Position numbers and translations under genes: made by a program
In this document: piece by piece, positions 36,301 through 47,358 of the stretch
Layout of the letters: each line of letters starts with the position of its first letter
Position numbering within the stretch: the stretch's first letter is position 1
Notes under the pieces: model-generated
Databases searched by the model: none
Seen by the model: the letters and a program-made list of their open reading frames with translations, nothing else
Told to the model about the DNA's origin: nothing
NCBI GenBank assembly: GCA_004431415.1
Contig: QPMI01000564.1
Coordinates: forward strand, 186,001-250,000
Length of the DNA: 64,000 nt
From: Cyanophora paradoxa CCMP329
Taxonomy: Eukaryota > Plantae > Glaucophyta
Reading direction: 5' to 3'

Positions 36301-37141
36301 CGTGGTACGCGCCTTGGATGGTCTCACCGGCGCAGATGCCGGCCTGGACGGTGACGGTGTACTGCGAGGCCGGCGGCCCCTCCTTCACGTAGACGAAGTT
36401 GAGGTCGTACTTCTTGGCGTACGTCGGGTTGATGCGCTTGGTGACGATGACGTAATCGCACCGAACGCCGAGGCCGGACGGGCTGGCCTTCTCCTTCTCC
36501 GTCACCGACGCCAGGCACTGATCCCGCGCGATCAAGAGCTGCGGCGGCCCGCGCGTGAGCAAGCGCGGGCACGCGAGCGCAGGGAAGGGCCCTCACCCCG
36601 TGGGCGCCGCCGCTGCCGGATTTGAGGTCCGCGAGGAACTCCTTCTGCTCCGGAGTGCCGGAGAAGATCGCGCGCGGATGGAAATCGCGATGGAGCGCGA
36701 TGCTGTTGAAGCAGCCCGCCGCCGCATTGTCGGACATCAGCAACAGCGCCACATCGCCGTGCGTGAAGCCGTACTTCGCCTTCACATACTCCGGCAGCTC
36801 GTGAATGCTGTAAGGCACGATCTGCGCGCGGGGCACGCGAGCCGGGGCATGTGAGCCGGGGCCGAAGCGGTGCGGGCGAAACCGCGAACCTCGTTGAACT
36901 TATTAACCGGCGTGAACTGGCCCTTGGTCTTCAAGCGCTTCGGGTGGCCGTCCGTGTTCTGGATCTTCTTCAGCCCGCCAAACGGCTCGAAGCGCGGCAC
37001 GCCGGCCGAGTTGAACACGCTATCGTAGGTCATCGCGTTGAGCACCTCCTCCGCCGATAGGCTGCCGAGATCGCGGGCTATGCTGTCCTGCTCGCCGGGC
37101 TGCTGCTGCTTCGCGCAGGAGCGGAAGGTCGCCGCCTGCAT
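33345..37141 (-). CDS. Intron-containing gene(s) of unknown function, interrupted by a MITE
   Basis: GC3-rich exon blocks from ATG 37141 (MQAATFRS.., IVPYSIHELPEY.., FFWMRICAKLE..MEWC|LEWGHG..) separated by short GT-AG introns. 3' end uncertain. Confidence 0.55.
34850..35520. mobile_element. MITE-like non-autonomous transposon, 671 bp, 17-bp TIR, 2-bp TSD (GG)
   Basis: TTGCAGAAACCTTCTCC at 34850-34866, inverse copy at 35504-35520. Internal 20-bp (CCGCCTGTGCCTACCCGTGT) and 10-bp (CTTTSCCGTG) tandem arrays. Excision restores the reading frame. Confidence 0.88.
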
Positions 37142-37484
37142 GGTGCGGCAGACGGGTTCAACGAACTACGTGCGCAGCTGTTAGTGCCCGCGGGGTTCAC
37201 AACAACGTCTCAACGGATTCCGTTCACGGTTTATTCCCCCGTTGACTTCTTCCCCCCCTAACTCGCAAAGACTCAGACTTGAAGCGCGCTTCTCCCCCCC
37301 TCCAAATCGCGTACCCCCCCAGGCTGCAACCCCCCGTCGGTTTCTCGCTTTTTCTCTCTGGCGATGCAATGCAAGCCGCTCGTTCAAACCAGCTGGAAAC
37401 TTGGCGCCAAAGCCTTCGCAGCCCGCGCGCAGCACTCGCAGCAGCGGCGGCAGCAGCAGCGGCGGCAGCAGCAGCGGCGGCAGC

Positions 37485-39150
37485 ATGTCTCGGCTCGCGC
37501 TCCCTCCGGAGATCCCGGCTAAGCTGGCGAGGAACACACTGTACGACGTTCTCTGCATCGGCGACAGCTTCGGCATCGATTGGACGGTCTTCGAGGCCGG
37601 CATCAGCGACCAGGCAAAGGAGGCGCAGGCCCGGGCGCTGGAGGACGGCATGCAGTTCAGCCCGAACAGCAAGGATGTGCTGCGCAAGACCGAGCTGGCC
37701 GAGCGCAAGCGCAAGCTGGCCGCGGCGCGGACCTTGAACCTCGAGGGCGCCCCCGGCCCGTCGGTGCAGTTCTCCATCGACTCCGTCCTGTCGCGGCTGC
37801 GGCTCGCGGAGGTGCTCGCTGCCTCTTTCTCTCTGCGCTCGCAGCGGCTGAGGCGCCGCGGCGCATCGCAGGACGCGGACGTGCGGGCGATGCACGCGGC
37901 GCTGAACATGACGGAGGAGAACTTCGACACGCCGAGCAAGCCGAAGCCCGGGCGCGATGCCGACGCCCGCCGGCTGTTCGCGGCGCAGCGCCTGCGGCTG
38001 CTCATGGGCGCCGTGCCCGGCACATCGCCAAGGGCGAGTGGCGCACGATTGGCCTGCTGACGGGCCCGGAGGAGTTCTACTTCAACCGCATGGCGGAGGC
38101 GGCCGGGCACCTGCTCTGGCTGCTGGTGCTCAGCTCGGACCCGGCCTACAAGCCCGAGGTGCGCCCCAGCCGCCCGTGCAGCCGCGACCGCCCTCCCCGC
38201 CGACCCCGCCGGCCCGCAGATGCTGGCGAAGGGCATCATGGGCATCGAGGTGCGCTGCATCAAGCAGAACAGCCGCGACTTCATCACGCGCCACGAGAGC
38301 TCGGCGGTCTGGGGCGAGCGGCCGGACACCGGCGTCCTCACCGACGCCTACGCCATCCGCATCGTGCTGGAGGCGGCCTGCCGGACGTGCCGGGACCGCC
38401 ACGGGCGCCAGGGCATCTGCGCCTTCGACCTGGTTCCGGAGTTCGAGGTGCCCGGCGTCACCATCGGCGACCGCGTGCAGGTGCGCCGTTTCTATTTGGA
38501 TGCTATTTAGATGCTATTTAGACTATTTAGATGCTATTTAGACTATTTAGATGCCATTTAAACCCCCTCGCAGGTCATCCGGCGGTGCTCGATGCCGGAC
38601 TCGCACGGGCGCCCCATGATCCACGGCGCCGTGAAGTACGTGGTGCCGCGGCGCACCCTCGCCCTCGCCTTCTTCGTCCCCGTCTTCGACAAGGCGGCCG
38701 CCGCCGCCGCCGCCGCGCCTCCGCCCCGCCCCATGCTCGCGGCCACGGAGTCCTCGGATTCCGGCTCGGATTCCGAGGAGGAGCGCGACGCCGAGGCCGC
38801 CGCCGCGGCCCGGGCGCTGGACTTCACGGAGGAGGAGCTCGAGCGGGCGCGGAGCCTGCCGCGCGCCGGCCGGGAGATGACCGCCGTCTTCAAGGCGGCG
38901 ATCGGCGAGGCGACGGCCTCCGCCTCCGGCGACGGGGCCGGAGTTAGCAAGATCACGGCGGAGGGCCTCGCGCGCGCCATGCGCGTGGCCCAGGCCCAGG
39001 CCAGGCGAAGGGCAAGGGCAAGGGCAAGGTCGCCTACATCAACCTCAAGTTCGAGAAGGAGGACGTGCCCGCCCCGGCAGCGCGGCGCGATCTCGGCGAG
39101 CAGATGGAGGCGGCGGCCCCAAGGCGGCCGGCCCGAGCCGGCCGGTGCGC
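37485..39150 (+). CDS. Intron-containing gene of unknown function with possible Zn-binding module
   Basis: Exon blocks from ATG 37485. CRTCRDRH..C..C motif loosely like primase-associated Zn fingers. Intron 38481-38573 holds a CTATTTAGA(TG) minisatellite. Confidence 0.5.
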
Positions 39151-39199
39151 CCTCCCCACCCAAAATTCTGAGCCTTGGGCGTTCCGGCACCGCAAAGGA

Positions 39200-42100
39200 A
39201 TGACCCTGCCCACAGAGGAGGAGCTGGAGGCCGAGCGCGAGATGGAGGAGGAGGCCGCGCTGGCGGCGGCGGCGGACGCGAAGGCGGCGCGCGAGCTGGA
39301 GGTGGCGGAGGAGTACGCGATGGAGCTGGAGCGCGAGCGCGAGCGCGAGGGCGAGGCCGACGCCGAGCTGGCGGCGGCGGCGGCGCGGCGGCGGGGACAC
39401 CTTCGAGCCCGAGCCCCCGTCGACGAGTTCTACCCCCTCCCGCCCTCCCCTCCCTCGAGTACGCCCCGCCGCCGCCCGTGGAGGAGTTCTCGGACGACGA
39501 GCCCAGCGACGCTGGCCCCAGGCCGCCCCTCGTCTCCCCCCGCCGCCGCCCGCCCCCGTGCCCCCGCCAGCCCCGCCGCCTCTGACGTCTCCTGGCGCCC
39601 GAGCGGCAACCCCTCGGCCTTCAGGGACTTCAGCCCGGTGCGCCTCTCGCAGGTCCCGCCGCCGGCCCGCATGCCCCTCCGCCCCCTCCGGCCCTCCGGC
39701 CCTTCCGGCCCCTCCGGCCGCCCGCGCCGCGCCCCGCTCCCGCCGGGCCCAGCAGCGCAAGGAGCGCGAGCGGCAGGAGCGGCAGCGGCAGCGGCGGGAG
39801 GCGGGGCGGAGGAGGACTACGACGAGGGCCTGGAGACGGCAAGCGACGACGAGCCGCCGCGCGCGAACAAGCTGGAGGTGGCGCGGGCGGAGCTGGCGGC
39901 GACGGTCATCCCGGCGCCGGTGATCAACACGCGCCGGTACGAACGAGTGACGACGCACAAGGACGACAACATGGCGCGCAAGAAGGCTGCCATCCAGGAC
40001 TCGCTGCGCGCCTGGATTTCTGCGTCGGTGCGCCCCTTTGCCTGCGCGCCCACCCCCTTAGAAGCCGGAGGCGGCCGTGGCCCAGCTGCTTAAGGCGCTG
40101 GCCGCCTCCGGCCGGTGCGCCCCCTCCCCTCGATCGAGCCCCGCTAACGCCCTTTTTGCCCGCGCCCGCAGGGAATCGCGCGCCGGCGGCCGATGGCCCC
40201 CGGGGAGGACCCCGTCTTCATGCAGAAGCTGCCGGGCTGCTTCGTCTACGAGAAGGTCACCGCGACGCAGTTCGAGGGCAACGGCACGATGGACGAGGTG
40301 ATCTCGAAGCTGGCGATGGCCTTTCACGCTGCGTACGGCGACAAGCCCGAGCTCTTCGAGTTCACCTTCTCCAAGGAGGTGCTCACGGGGGAGATCCGCC
40401 GATTCGTGGAGAAGTCTCTCTTGCTCCACGACGTCTGCCCCGAGATGCCCGTCATCCCGGGCCACCCCTTCGCCTGCGACTCCCGTGCGCCCCGTACACC
40501 CCCCCCCCCCACCCGGTACCCCCCTGACGCCCTCCTTTGCGCAGATTTCGTCGTGCGGACGCCGCAGGACAAGAACGGCGACGCCTGCGTCCTCATCATG
40601 GCGCACGAGGTGGCGGAGAAGCGGTACAAGGGCTACATGAACACCTGCTACATCCAGGGCCGCCTGCCGGACGGCATCGAGGAGGCGGCGGCGAACGTCG
40701 ACTTCCCGCGCGTCCTCTCCATGCTCATCGACCACATGCCCAAGTGCGCTCAGCACCTGGCGGACAACGGCTACGTGACGCCGGACGAGATCGGATACGC
40801 GGCGGCCGTCCTCTACGCCTTCAACACCGTCGGGCCGTGGCACTTCTGCGACAAGCCCGTCTTCGACCGTGCGCCGCGCGCGGAGTTCGAGGCGCCGGCG
40901 AGGGCGCCCAGCTGCAGTACTGCGGCGTCATCAAGGGCCAGTCTGGCACCGGTTCGCCCCCTTCCTTTCCTTTCCTTTTCCCTTTCTCTCTGACGCCGCG
41001 GCCGCGCGCGCAGGCAAGTCGACGGTGACGGGGATCATGAACGAGTGCTATGCGCCGGGTCAAATCTGCGTCTACCGCCCCTCCAGGGGCTCGGCCTTCT
41101 CGGAGCACGGCGGTGAGGAGGCGCTCTGCATGATCATGGCGGAGGGCCTTGACCTGAAGGCCTGCACGGAGGAGGAGCTCAAGATGCGCTCGGGCGACGC
41201 CTACGCTCGCAACTTCAAGTTCGCGAAGGGCAGCGACCGGCGCTGCAAGCCCCTGCGCAAGACGCTTGTGATCGTCTGCAACGGCTTCCCGCAGGTTCGC
41301 CCCCTCCCTTTCTTTCCTTTTCCTTTCCTTCCCTTTCTCACCCCTCCCGCGCGCAGCTCGCGAACCGCATGCTGGAGTTCTTCTCGCGCATCGTCCTCAT
41401 CACGCTCGACCACAAGCCGCTCAAGAAGCGCACCCACCTCCAGGCCGACATCCGCGAGAACGAGCTGCCGGCGCTGAACGTGGTGGCCTACACCTACGCC
41501 TGGAAGATCATCCACGCGCTCTCCGACGGCGAGGCGACGTGCATCCAGGCCTTCGAGCCGGTGTGGCTGCGGGAGAAGCGCCTCGCCTTCTGGCAGGAGA
41601 CGGCCTCCTGCTCCCTCACCCGCTTCATCATCACCCACTGCGTCGTCGACCCCACCACCTACCTCGTCGGCTCGGAGACGGAGGGCGGCATGACGAGCGT
41701 GGCGGGCATCTGCGAGTACGTCTCGCGCACGGAGGGCCCGGACGCCTCCGCCGCCCTCGCCGCCGACATCGAGAACGGCGCGCTGGACGAGACCATCGCC
41801 GCCTTCGGCCCAAGTGCGGCCTCTTCTCCTACAAGGCCGGCGGCGTCTGGGAGACCTACATCCGCGGCATCGTCCCAAGGCCCCGCTCTCCTTGGCGCGA
41901 GCCAGCCGGCCCTGCAGGCCATCCGCTTCACCCTGCCGGCGGACCCGGAGATCGGCCCCTTCCCCGTCAAGGCCTCGACCAGGGGCAAGGGCAAGCGCGC
42001 CCGCAACTCGGCCCCCGGCTTCGTCCCGCCCCCGCCGTTCGCCCCCGCCGCGCCCGCCCAGCAGCCCGCCGGCCAGCAGCACGCCGGCCAGCAGCGCATC

Positions 42101-42808
42101 GACGAGATGCTGCCGCGCCAGGTCCGGCCCCGCACCCGCGCCCTCCCCGTACCCCCCTTTCCCCCGCCCCCCTCCTGACCCTCGGGCCAGGGCGAGGGCG
42201 CCTCCCCCGCGGGCAGCTTCCGCAGCAGCCCCGTGGACGGCGGCGCCGGCCCCAGCGGCTACGGCAGCTCGGGCTCGCGCTCGGCCTCGGGCTCGCGCGC
42301 GCGCTCGGCCTCGGCCGCCCCCTCCAGCAGCGCCGGCCCCAGCCCCGTCCCTTCTCCCTCGCCGACCGCAGCCCCGTCCCGCCGCCTTCGCCGCGCCCGT
42401 CCCCGGCCCGGCGCCGTCCTCTCCGCGATCCAGGGCTTCGGGGCCCAGCAGGAGGCCGAGCGGCAGGCGCTGGCGGCGCGCCAGGCGCGCGAGGCGGAGG
42501 AGCGGCGCCAGGGCCTCTGGGCCCAGCGCCTCCAGCGCACCCTCGCCTTCCGCGCCGAGCTGGAGGCGGGCTTCCGCGCCGGCCAGATCTCCGGCGCGGA
42601 GGCCTCGGAGCGCTGGCGGGCGTTCGAGGCGGAGACGGCGGGGCTGTCGAAGGGCCTCGGCTACAGCTACCGGCGCGTGCCCGTGCCCAAGGACTACGCG
42701 TCGGCCGCGGCGCTGGAGGCCTCGCGGGCGGAGATCGACGCGGCGGAGATGCAGGCGGAGCGCGAGGAGGCCGAGGACAACGCGCGCTTCCGGCACCTCC
42801 ACCACTGA
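39200..42808 (+). CDS. SF3 (D5-like) helicase, multi-exon, with low-complexity termini
   Basis: Walker A GQSGT|GKST reconstituted across intron 40952-41013; hydrophobic Walker-B-like CMIMAE; motif C LVIVCNGFP; FFSRIVLI. Confidence 0.72.
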
Positions 42809-42856
42809 GGCCTCGAGGCGGTATTTTTTCTCAACCCCTTCCAATTCGGTCCCGCG

Positions 42857-43048
42857 ATGGCCTTCGCTGACAGCTACCCACAGCACTACACCCTTGGAGC
42901 CCTCGCCGCGACCCTCACCTGGCTCCTCGGCGGCACCCCCACCGCCTCGGCCGTCATAGGCGTGGGGTTCGGGTACGCCGCCAAGAGCCTCTACGCGCCC
43001 GGCTCCTACTCGATGGCGACGGCCGGCATGCGCCCCGCCGGGCGTTAA
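42857..43048 (+). CDS. Small hydrophobic protein
   Basis: 63-aa ORF with two hydrophobic segments and the upstream TTTTCT motif. Confidence 0.55.
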   Translation: MAFADSYPQHYTLGALAATLTWLLGGTPTASAVIGVGFGYAAKSLYAPGSYSMATAGMRPAGR

Positions 43049-43155
43049 CTCTCCCTTTTCAAAGTTCCATTCCCCCCTTTCCCTTTTCAAAGTTGCGACG
43101 TCCTTTTGAGTCCGTTGGCATTTAAATTTTCTTCATCGTCTGTACACGTCTAAAC

Positions 43156-43647
43156 ATGCCCAACGCCGTAGAGAAGCTGTTGTGTACGGTGTTCAAATCG
43201 GACTCGCGCTGCAGCAAGATCGGCGAGGCTGCCAAGGGCGGGGGCGGGGCGAAGGCCGGCGGCGGGGCGGAGGGGCCTAGGATCAAGGCGGCGGACCCGG
43301 CGCCGCCCGCGCTGAAGTCGATTAGGGCGGCGGGCAAGGGAAGGGGCATCGGGGCGCTGTCCCTCGTGGCGATCGCCCCGGGCCAGCGCGAGGCGGCGCA
43401 CGGGGCGACGGCGGCGCTGGTCTCGCAGAGGCAGGCGGAGGCCTACCCGCGCCTGGGCGAGGGCCTGCACCCGCCCGGCGGCCGCGCGTACGACGTGAGC
43501 GCCTACTTCGACAACGCCAACGGGCTGAGCCGCCAGGAGATCTGGGCCTGGGAGGCGCGGCGCGCGGTCGACGGGCACCTGCCGTTGCTCGTGGCGCTCG
43601 GCGGCTCGCTCCTCATGGTCTGGTACCTGCGCGGCCTCGCCATTTAG
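43156..43647 (+). CDS. Hypothetical protein with C-terminal TM helix
   Basis: ATG ORF, LPLLVALGGSLLMVWYL, upstream AATTTTCT. Confidence 0.7.
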   Translation: MPNAVEKLLCTVFKSDSRCSKIGEAAKGGGGAKAGGGAEGPRIKAADPAPPALKSIRAAGKGRGIGALSLVAIAPGQREAAHGATAALVSQRQAEAYPRLGEGLHPPGGRAYDVSAYFDNANGLSRQEIWAWEARRAVDGHLPLLVALGGSLLMVWYLRGLAI

Positions 43648-43673
43648 ATAGATTTTCGAAGCGCTAGCTAAAG

Positions 43674-44075
43674 ATGGGCTGGGTGGACGCCGTGCTCACC
43701 AAGGTCTTCGGCCCGAAGAGCGCGCAGCCGCCGCCGAGCTTCAACCTGGCCGCGGCGATCAGCACGACGATCGAGCGCAAGAACAACGAGCTCATCCTCA
43801 AGAACGACGGCAAGCTTCCCTGGGCCGATGTGGCCGCGGGAGCGCTGGGCAGCACGCTGACGGGAATTGATCGGACGGGCGCCGCGGGCGTGAAGGTCGG
43901 GCAGGCGGTTGCGGCCGTGCCGGAGCTTGCGATGAAGGGCTGGCACTACGCCAAGATCGCCGCCGGCGTCGCCGCGGTGCTCCTTGCGATCTGGCTCGCG
44001 TGGCAGCTGCGCAGCGCCTACCAGGGCGCGCGGCTTCAGAGCGCGCAGCTCGACTATTTTCTAAAGGCTAGGTAA
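43674..44075 (+). CDS. Hypothetical membrane protein
   Basis: ATG ORF with IAAGVAAVLLAIWLAW. Confidence 0.7.
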   Translation: MGWVDAVLTKVFGPKSAQPPPSFNLAAAISTTIERKNNELILKNDGKLPWADVAAGALGSTLTGIDRTGAAGVKVGQAVAAVPELAMKGWHYAKIAAGVAAVLLAIWLAWQLRSAYQGARLQSAQLDYFLKAR

Positions 44076-44087
44076 AGCGAGCGAACC

Positions 44088-44492
44088 ATGCCCCGCGGCG
44101 GCTCTTCCCCCCGTGTCTCCTTCGCTGAGAACGAAGTCGCCGCTACCCCCCTGGAACCCGGCGTCAAGCTGGAGCGCGCGAACGCAGTCTCCATCAAGAA
44201 GGCGAAGCGCGCGCTTGCTCTAGAAGTCCCCAAGACCGCCTCGCAGTTCATTCCCACTTCCATTTACGACGAGGCAGAAGATACGGAGAAGGTCGCATTC
44301 AACAAGCGCAAGACGTACAAGGCGATACGCGAGGGCCAGCTGCTGCCCACCGACGCTGTGCCCGGGCTGCCGGGCACTACTGCCGGCGAGCTGCTCGTGC
44401 GCAACCTGCGCCTGCAGTACGTCTCCCGCCTCCGCCGCTCCAAGGCCAAGAAGGCGCGCCTGGACTCGGGCGATAGCAGCTCTAGCTCGTAG
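44088..44492 (+). CDS. Basic hypothetical protein
   Basis: 134-aa ATG ORF in a tight tandem layout, upstream TTTTCTA. Confidence 0.7.
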   Translation: MPRGGSSPRVSFAENEVAATPLEPGVKLERANAVSIKKAKRALALEVPKTASQFIPTSIYDEAEDTEKVAFNKRKTYKAIREGQLLPTDAVPGLPGTTAGELLVRNLRLQYVSRLRRSKAKKARLDSGDSSSSS

Positions 44493-44519
44493 GGCTCTGT
44501 ACTCTTGTATTCAATGCCG

Positions 44520-44804
44520 TTACCAGTTCCTGTTCCTATCCCAGAGCACGACTCGGGTAAAGGGCACGGTCATAGCGAACATGAACTCGGCAAACTTGGC
44601 GAAGTTCATGAGGGTCCCCAGGCGTGGGTCCTCCCAGTAGATAGCTTCGCGCAGGGACTCGTAGATGCGCATGAGGGAGCGCTCGTTCTCGGTCGCGAAG
44701 GCGTCGGACGGCTCGTCGGGATCCGGATCCGAGAGCTCCGAGTACTCGTCCGAGCTGCCAGCGCTCTCAACTCCTGCGGCCGGGTCGGGCGAGGGGTCAG
44801 CCAT
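44520..44804 (-). CDS. Hypothetical protein
   Basis: 94-aa ATG ORF, upstream TTTTCTA. Confidence 0.65.
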   Translation of the reverse strand: MADPSPDPAAGVESAGSSDEYSELSDPDPDEPSDAFATENERSLMRIYESLREAIYWEDPRLGTLMNFAKFAEFMFAMTVPFTRVVLWDRNRNW

Positions 44805-44830
44805 TCTTTGCTGGTAGAAGGGCTAGAAAA

Positions 44831-45172
44831 TCACGGGCGCCGGTACTCCATCGAGTCGCCGCGCCAGTACTTGTTGCCGGAGGCGAGCAGCTTCATCGGC
44901 TCGCCCGTCGAATCGTGCTTCCAGGCCGCGCCGTCCCAGAGGGCCGTGCCGCCGTCCTCCAGCTTGAGGCGATGGCCCGGCTCGAGCGCGTCGCCGTTGA
45001 GCATGCGGCCGGCCATGAGCGCCAGGTCCCACTCGGTGAGGCCGCGCTGCTCTTCGGCGGTGAGGCCGCGCTCGACGCGCTCGGGCTGGCGCGCCTCGCG
45101 CTCCATGCGGCTGAGGCCCACTAGAAAGAAGATGGGCAGCGCAAAGGCCATGAGATCTAGCAGGGCCTCCAT
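44831..45172 (-). CDS. Hypothetical protein with N-terminal TM/signal anchor
   Basis: 113-aa ATG ORF, upstream TTTTCTA. Confidence 0.65.
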   Translation of the reverse strand: MEALLDLMAFALPIFFLVGLSRMEREARQPERVERGLTAEEQRGLTEWDLALMAGRMLNGDALEPGHRLKLEDGGTALWDGAAWKHDSTGEPMKLLASGNKYWRGDSMEYRRP

Positions 45173-45182
45173 TGGGCAAGAC

Positions 45183-45473
45183 TTAGAAAAGGTTCCGGGC
45201 CAGGCCCGAGAGCTGCGGGCCCAGGCGCCGGGCGGCGTAGTAGAGCGCGGCGGCCGCGGCGGCCAGGATCAGGAGGCGCGGCGGGCCGCGCGCGGGCTCC
45301 TCTGCGGTCAGGTCAACGGCCTCGGGCTCGCGCGCCGGCGTCGCCAGGATCTCGGGCTCGGAGCTGAGGGACTTGGGCCCGCGGCGGCGGCGCTGCTTGG
45401 GGGCGGAGGCGGCGGCGGCGGAGAGAAGGTCCTCGGGCTCCTGCTTGATACCTGCGCAATCGGTGAAGTCCAT
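45183..45473 (-). CDS. Hypothetical protein with C-terminal hydrophobic helix
   Basis: MDFTDCAG..LLILAAAAAALYYAA. Confidence 0.6.
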   Translation of the reverse strand: MDFTDCAGIKQEPEDLLSAAAASAPKQRRRRGPKSLSSEPEILATPAREPEAVDLTAEEPARGPPRLLILAAAAAALYYAARRLGPQLSGLARNLF

Positions 45474-45544
45474 GCTTGCTGGGTACCTTGGAAAATTGTG
45501 GGAGGCGCCCGGAGGCTGCGAACGAAGGGCAACTTGAAACTTCG

Positions 45545-45995
45545 GCGTCATTTACGTCCGCGTCATTTACGTCAGCGTCATTTACGTCACGGAGTTTGCC
45601 GGCGACTCGGGACCTGGGCCAGGGCCCGGGGAAAAAAATTCGAGACTTGGAAAAATAGGGTATCCCTAATACCGCTAGTACCAGTAGCTACTAGTACCGC
45701 TAGTACTACGTAGTACTACTTAGTACTACTACTGAACTACTTAGTACTACTACTGTACTACTTAGTACTACTTGCTCAGTACTACTAGCTACCGGTACTG
45801 GTACACCTTTTATAGATTTAAGCATTCATTCAATGTGAATAACGATAATAGTAATAATAATAACGATAATAATAGGGATACCCTATTTTTCCAAGTCTCG
45901 AATTTTTTTCTCGGGCCCTGGCCCAGGTCCCGAGTCGCCGGCAAACTCCGTGACGTAAATGACGCTGACGTAAATGACGCGGACGTAAATGACGC
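45545..45995. repeat. ~124-bp inverted repeat around a 204-bp TAC/TAG/AAT low-complexity spacer
   Basis: Arms 45545-45668 and 45873-45995 differ by one indel and one mismatch. Each arm holds three GACGTAAATGACGC units. Confidence 0.95.
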
Positions 45996-46041
45996 GACCC
46001 TTCGGTTAATTAATTCAGCAAGCGCTAGCGCTAGCTAGATA

Positions 46042-46449
46042 TCACAGCTCTACCTGGCCCAAGTTGATGGTATCTAGCAGGGCCTGCTCTTCCAAGTCTG
46101 CACCGCCGCCGCCCAGCGCTAGCGCTAGCTCGATACCGCCTCCGGACTTGATCTCCCTTGGCTCCAGCCACCTGAGGGGCTCAGGCCACCTCCTCCTGGT
46201 GAAGCCCGTATCGTTGCTCTTGTCCAGCTTGAGGTAGCGGTAGGGCGCCGGCGCCGGCCAGTCGGGCCTGTGGCTGCTGGCCTCCTTGGCTATCTCCTTG
46301 GGGCTACGCGGACGCAGGTCTGCCTTGGCCTTCGCCCTCTGCAGAGGGCCCAGCGCCTTGAACTTCGGTGCCTTCGTCGCCGGCAGGGCCTTCGGCTGGG
46401 GCTTCACCGCCTTCGGCTGCTGAGGCCTTAGCTGCTTCGATTTCGGCAT
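46042..46449 (-). CDS. Lys/Pro-rich basic protein
   Basis: 135-aa ATG ORF MPKSKQLRPQQPKAVK.., upstream TTTTCT. Confidence 0.6.
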   Translation of the reverse strand: MPKSKQLRPQQPKAVKPQPKALPATKAPKFKALGPLQRAKAKADLRPRSPKEIAKEASSHRPDWPAPAPYRYLKLDKSNDTGFTRRRWPEPLRWLEPREIKSGGGIELALALGGGGADLEEQALLDTINLGQVEL

Positions 46450-46687
46450 ACTTCTTGCTCATAAATGAGAAAAGCGCCTCCAAGTCGGCCTTTATCTCCT
46501 CCTTGGTCCAGGATGTCACCTGATCCGGGTCACCTGAGAACGGCGCATCGAACGCCACGTGGAGCGATTTGCAGGCCTGAGCTATCATTGGCTCGGGCCA
46601 GGCCAGCTCGATCAGCTGAAGGTAGATGTTCAGGGCCTTGTCGAGCTTGGCGCCCTGAGAGACTAGCTGGGAGATAGCGGGCTCCAT
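46304..46687 (-). CDS. Hypothetical protein overlapping the downstream ORF
   Basis: MEPAISQLVSQG.., upstream ATTTTCTA. Confidence 0.55.
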   Translation of the reverse strand: MEPAISQLVSQGAKLDKALNIYLQLIELAWPEPMIAQACKSLHVAFDAPFSGDPDQVTSWTKEEIKADLEALFSFMSKKYAEIEAAKASAAEGGEAPAEGPAGDEGTEVQGAGPSAEGEGQGRPASA

Positions 46688-46774
46688 GGTACAGCAGAGC
46701 TTTAGAAAATGGCGCCAAGTCCAAGTCCTTTTTTTTACGGGCGAGGTCTGGGCCCGGGGCCAGGGCCGAGTCCC

Positions 46775-46845
46775 AACTCCGTGACGTAAATGACGCTGAC
46801 GTAAATGACGCGGACGTAAATGACGCCGAATTTTCAAGTTGCCCT
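46775..46845 (+). promoter_or_regulatory. Third copy of the TGACGTAAA triplet module
   Basis: Reverse complement of 45526-45596 with one mismatch; lies upstream of the + strand genes at 46952 and 47359. Confidence 0.7.
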
Positions 46846-46951
46846 CACATGAATGTCAGCTGAGGGTCAGCTGAGCGCTCACCTGAACGGCCTCAAAACC
46901 GCAGCCGCGCCGCGCTCTCGCCTCACACTTCACAGCCAAGAGAAACCGAGA

Positions 46952-47242
46952 ATGTGCGCCCCCAAGTACGAGACCTGCTGCCTGACCTTCGGCATCTTCG
47001 AGTACGAGGCCATGGACGAGGATCTCGACGAGAACGGCGAGATCTGCTTCAACTACTGCAGGCTGCTGCGCAACATCTCGCTGGAGTGCCGCAAGGGCGA
47101 CTGCTACCAGCACATCATGCTCAATCCCGCCAAGAACGAGATCACCCTGTACGTCGTCGCCAGCCCCAGCGCCAGATTTAGGCTCTCGAATATTCGCGTA
47201 GCCGCGATCGAGGCTCTCCCCCTCCCCAGTGAGTCGAATTGA
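46952..47242 (+). CDS. Small Cys-containing hypothetical protein
   Basis: 96-aa ORF with strong GC3 bias. Confidence 0.65.
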   Translation: MCAPKYETCCLTFGIFEYEAMDEDLDENGEICFNYCRLLRNISLECRKGDCYQHIMLNPAKNEITLYVVASPSARFRLSNIRVAAIEALPLPSESN

Positions 47243-47358
47243 ACACGTGTTTTACCCGAATCACCTGAGCGCTCACCCGAGGTCAGCCTGAAGTCAGGCC
47301 GGGCGGCCTCAAATATTTTCTAGCCCTAGGCCGAAGCACACTCTAAGCTAAGACAAAC

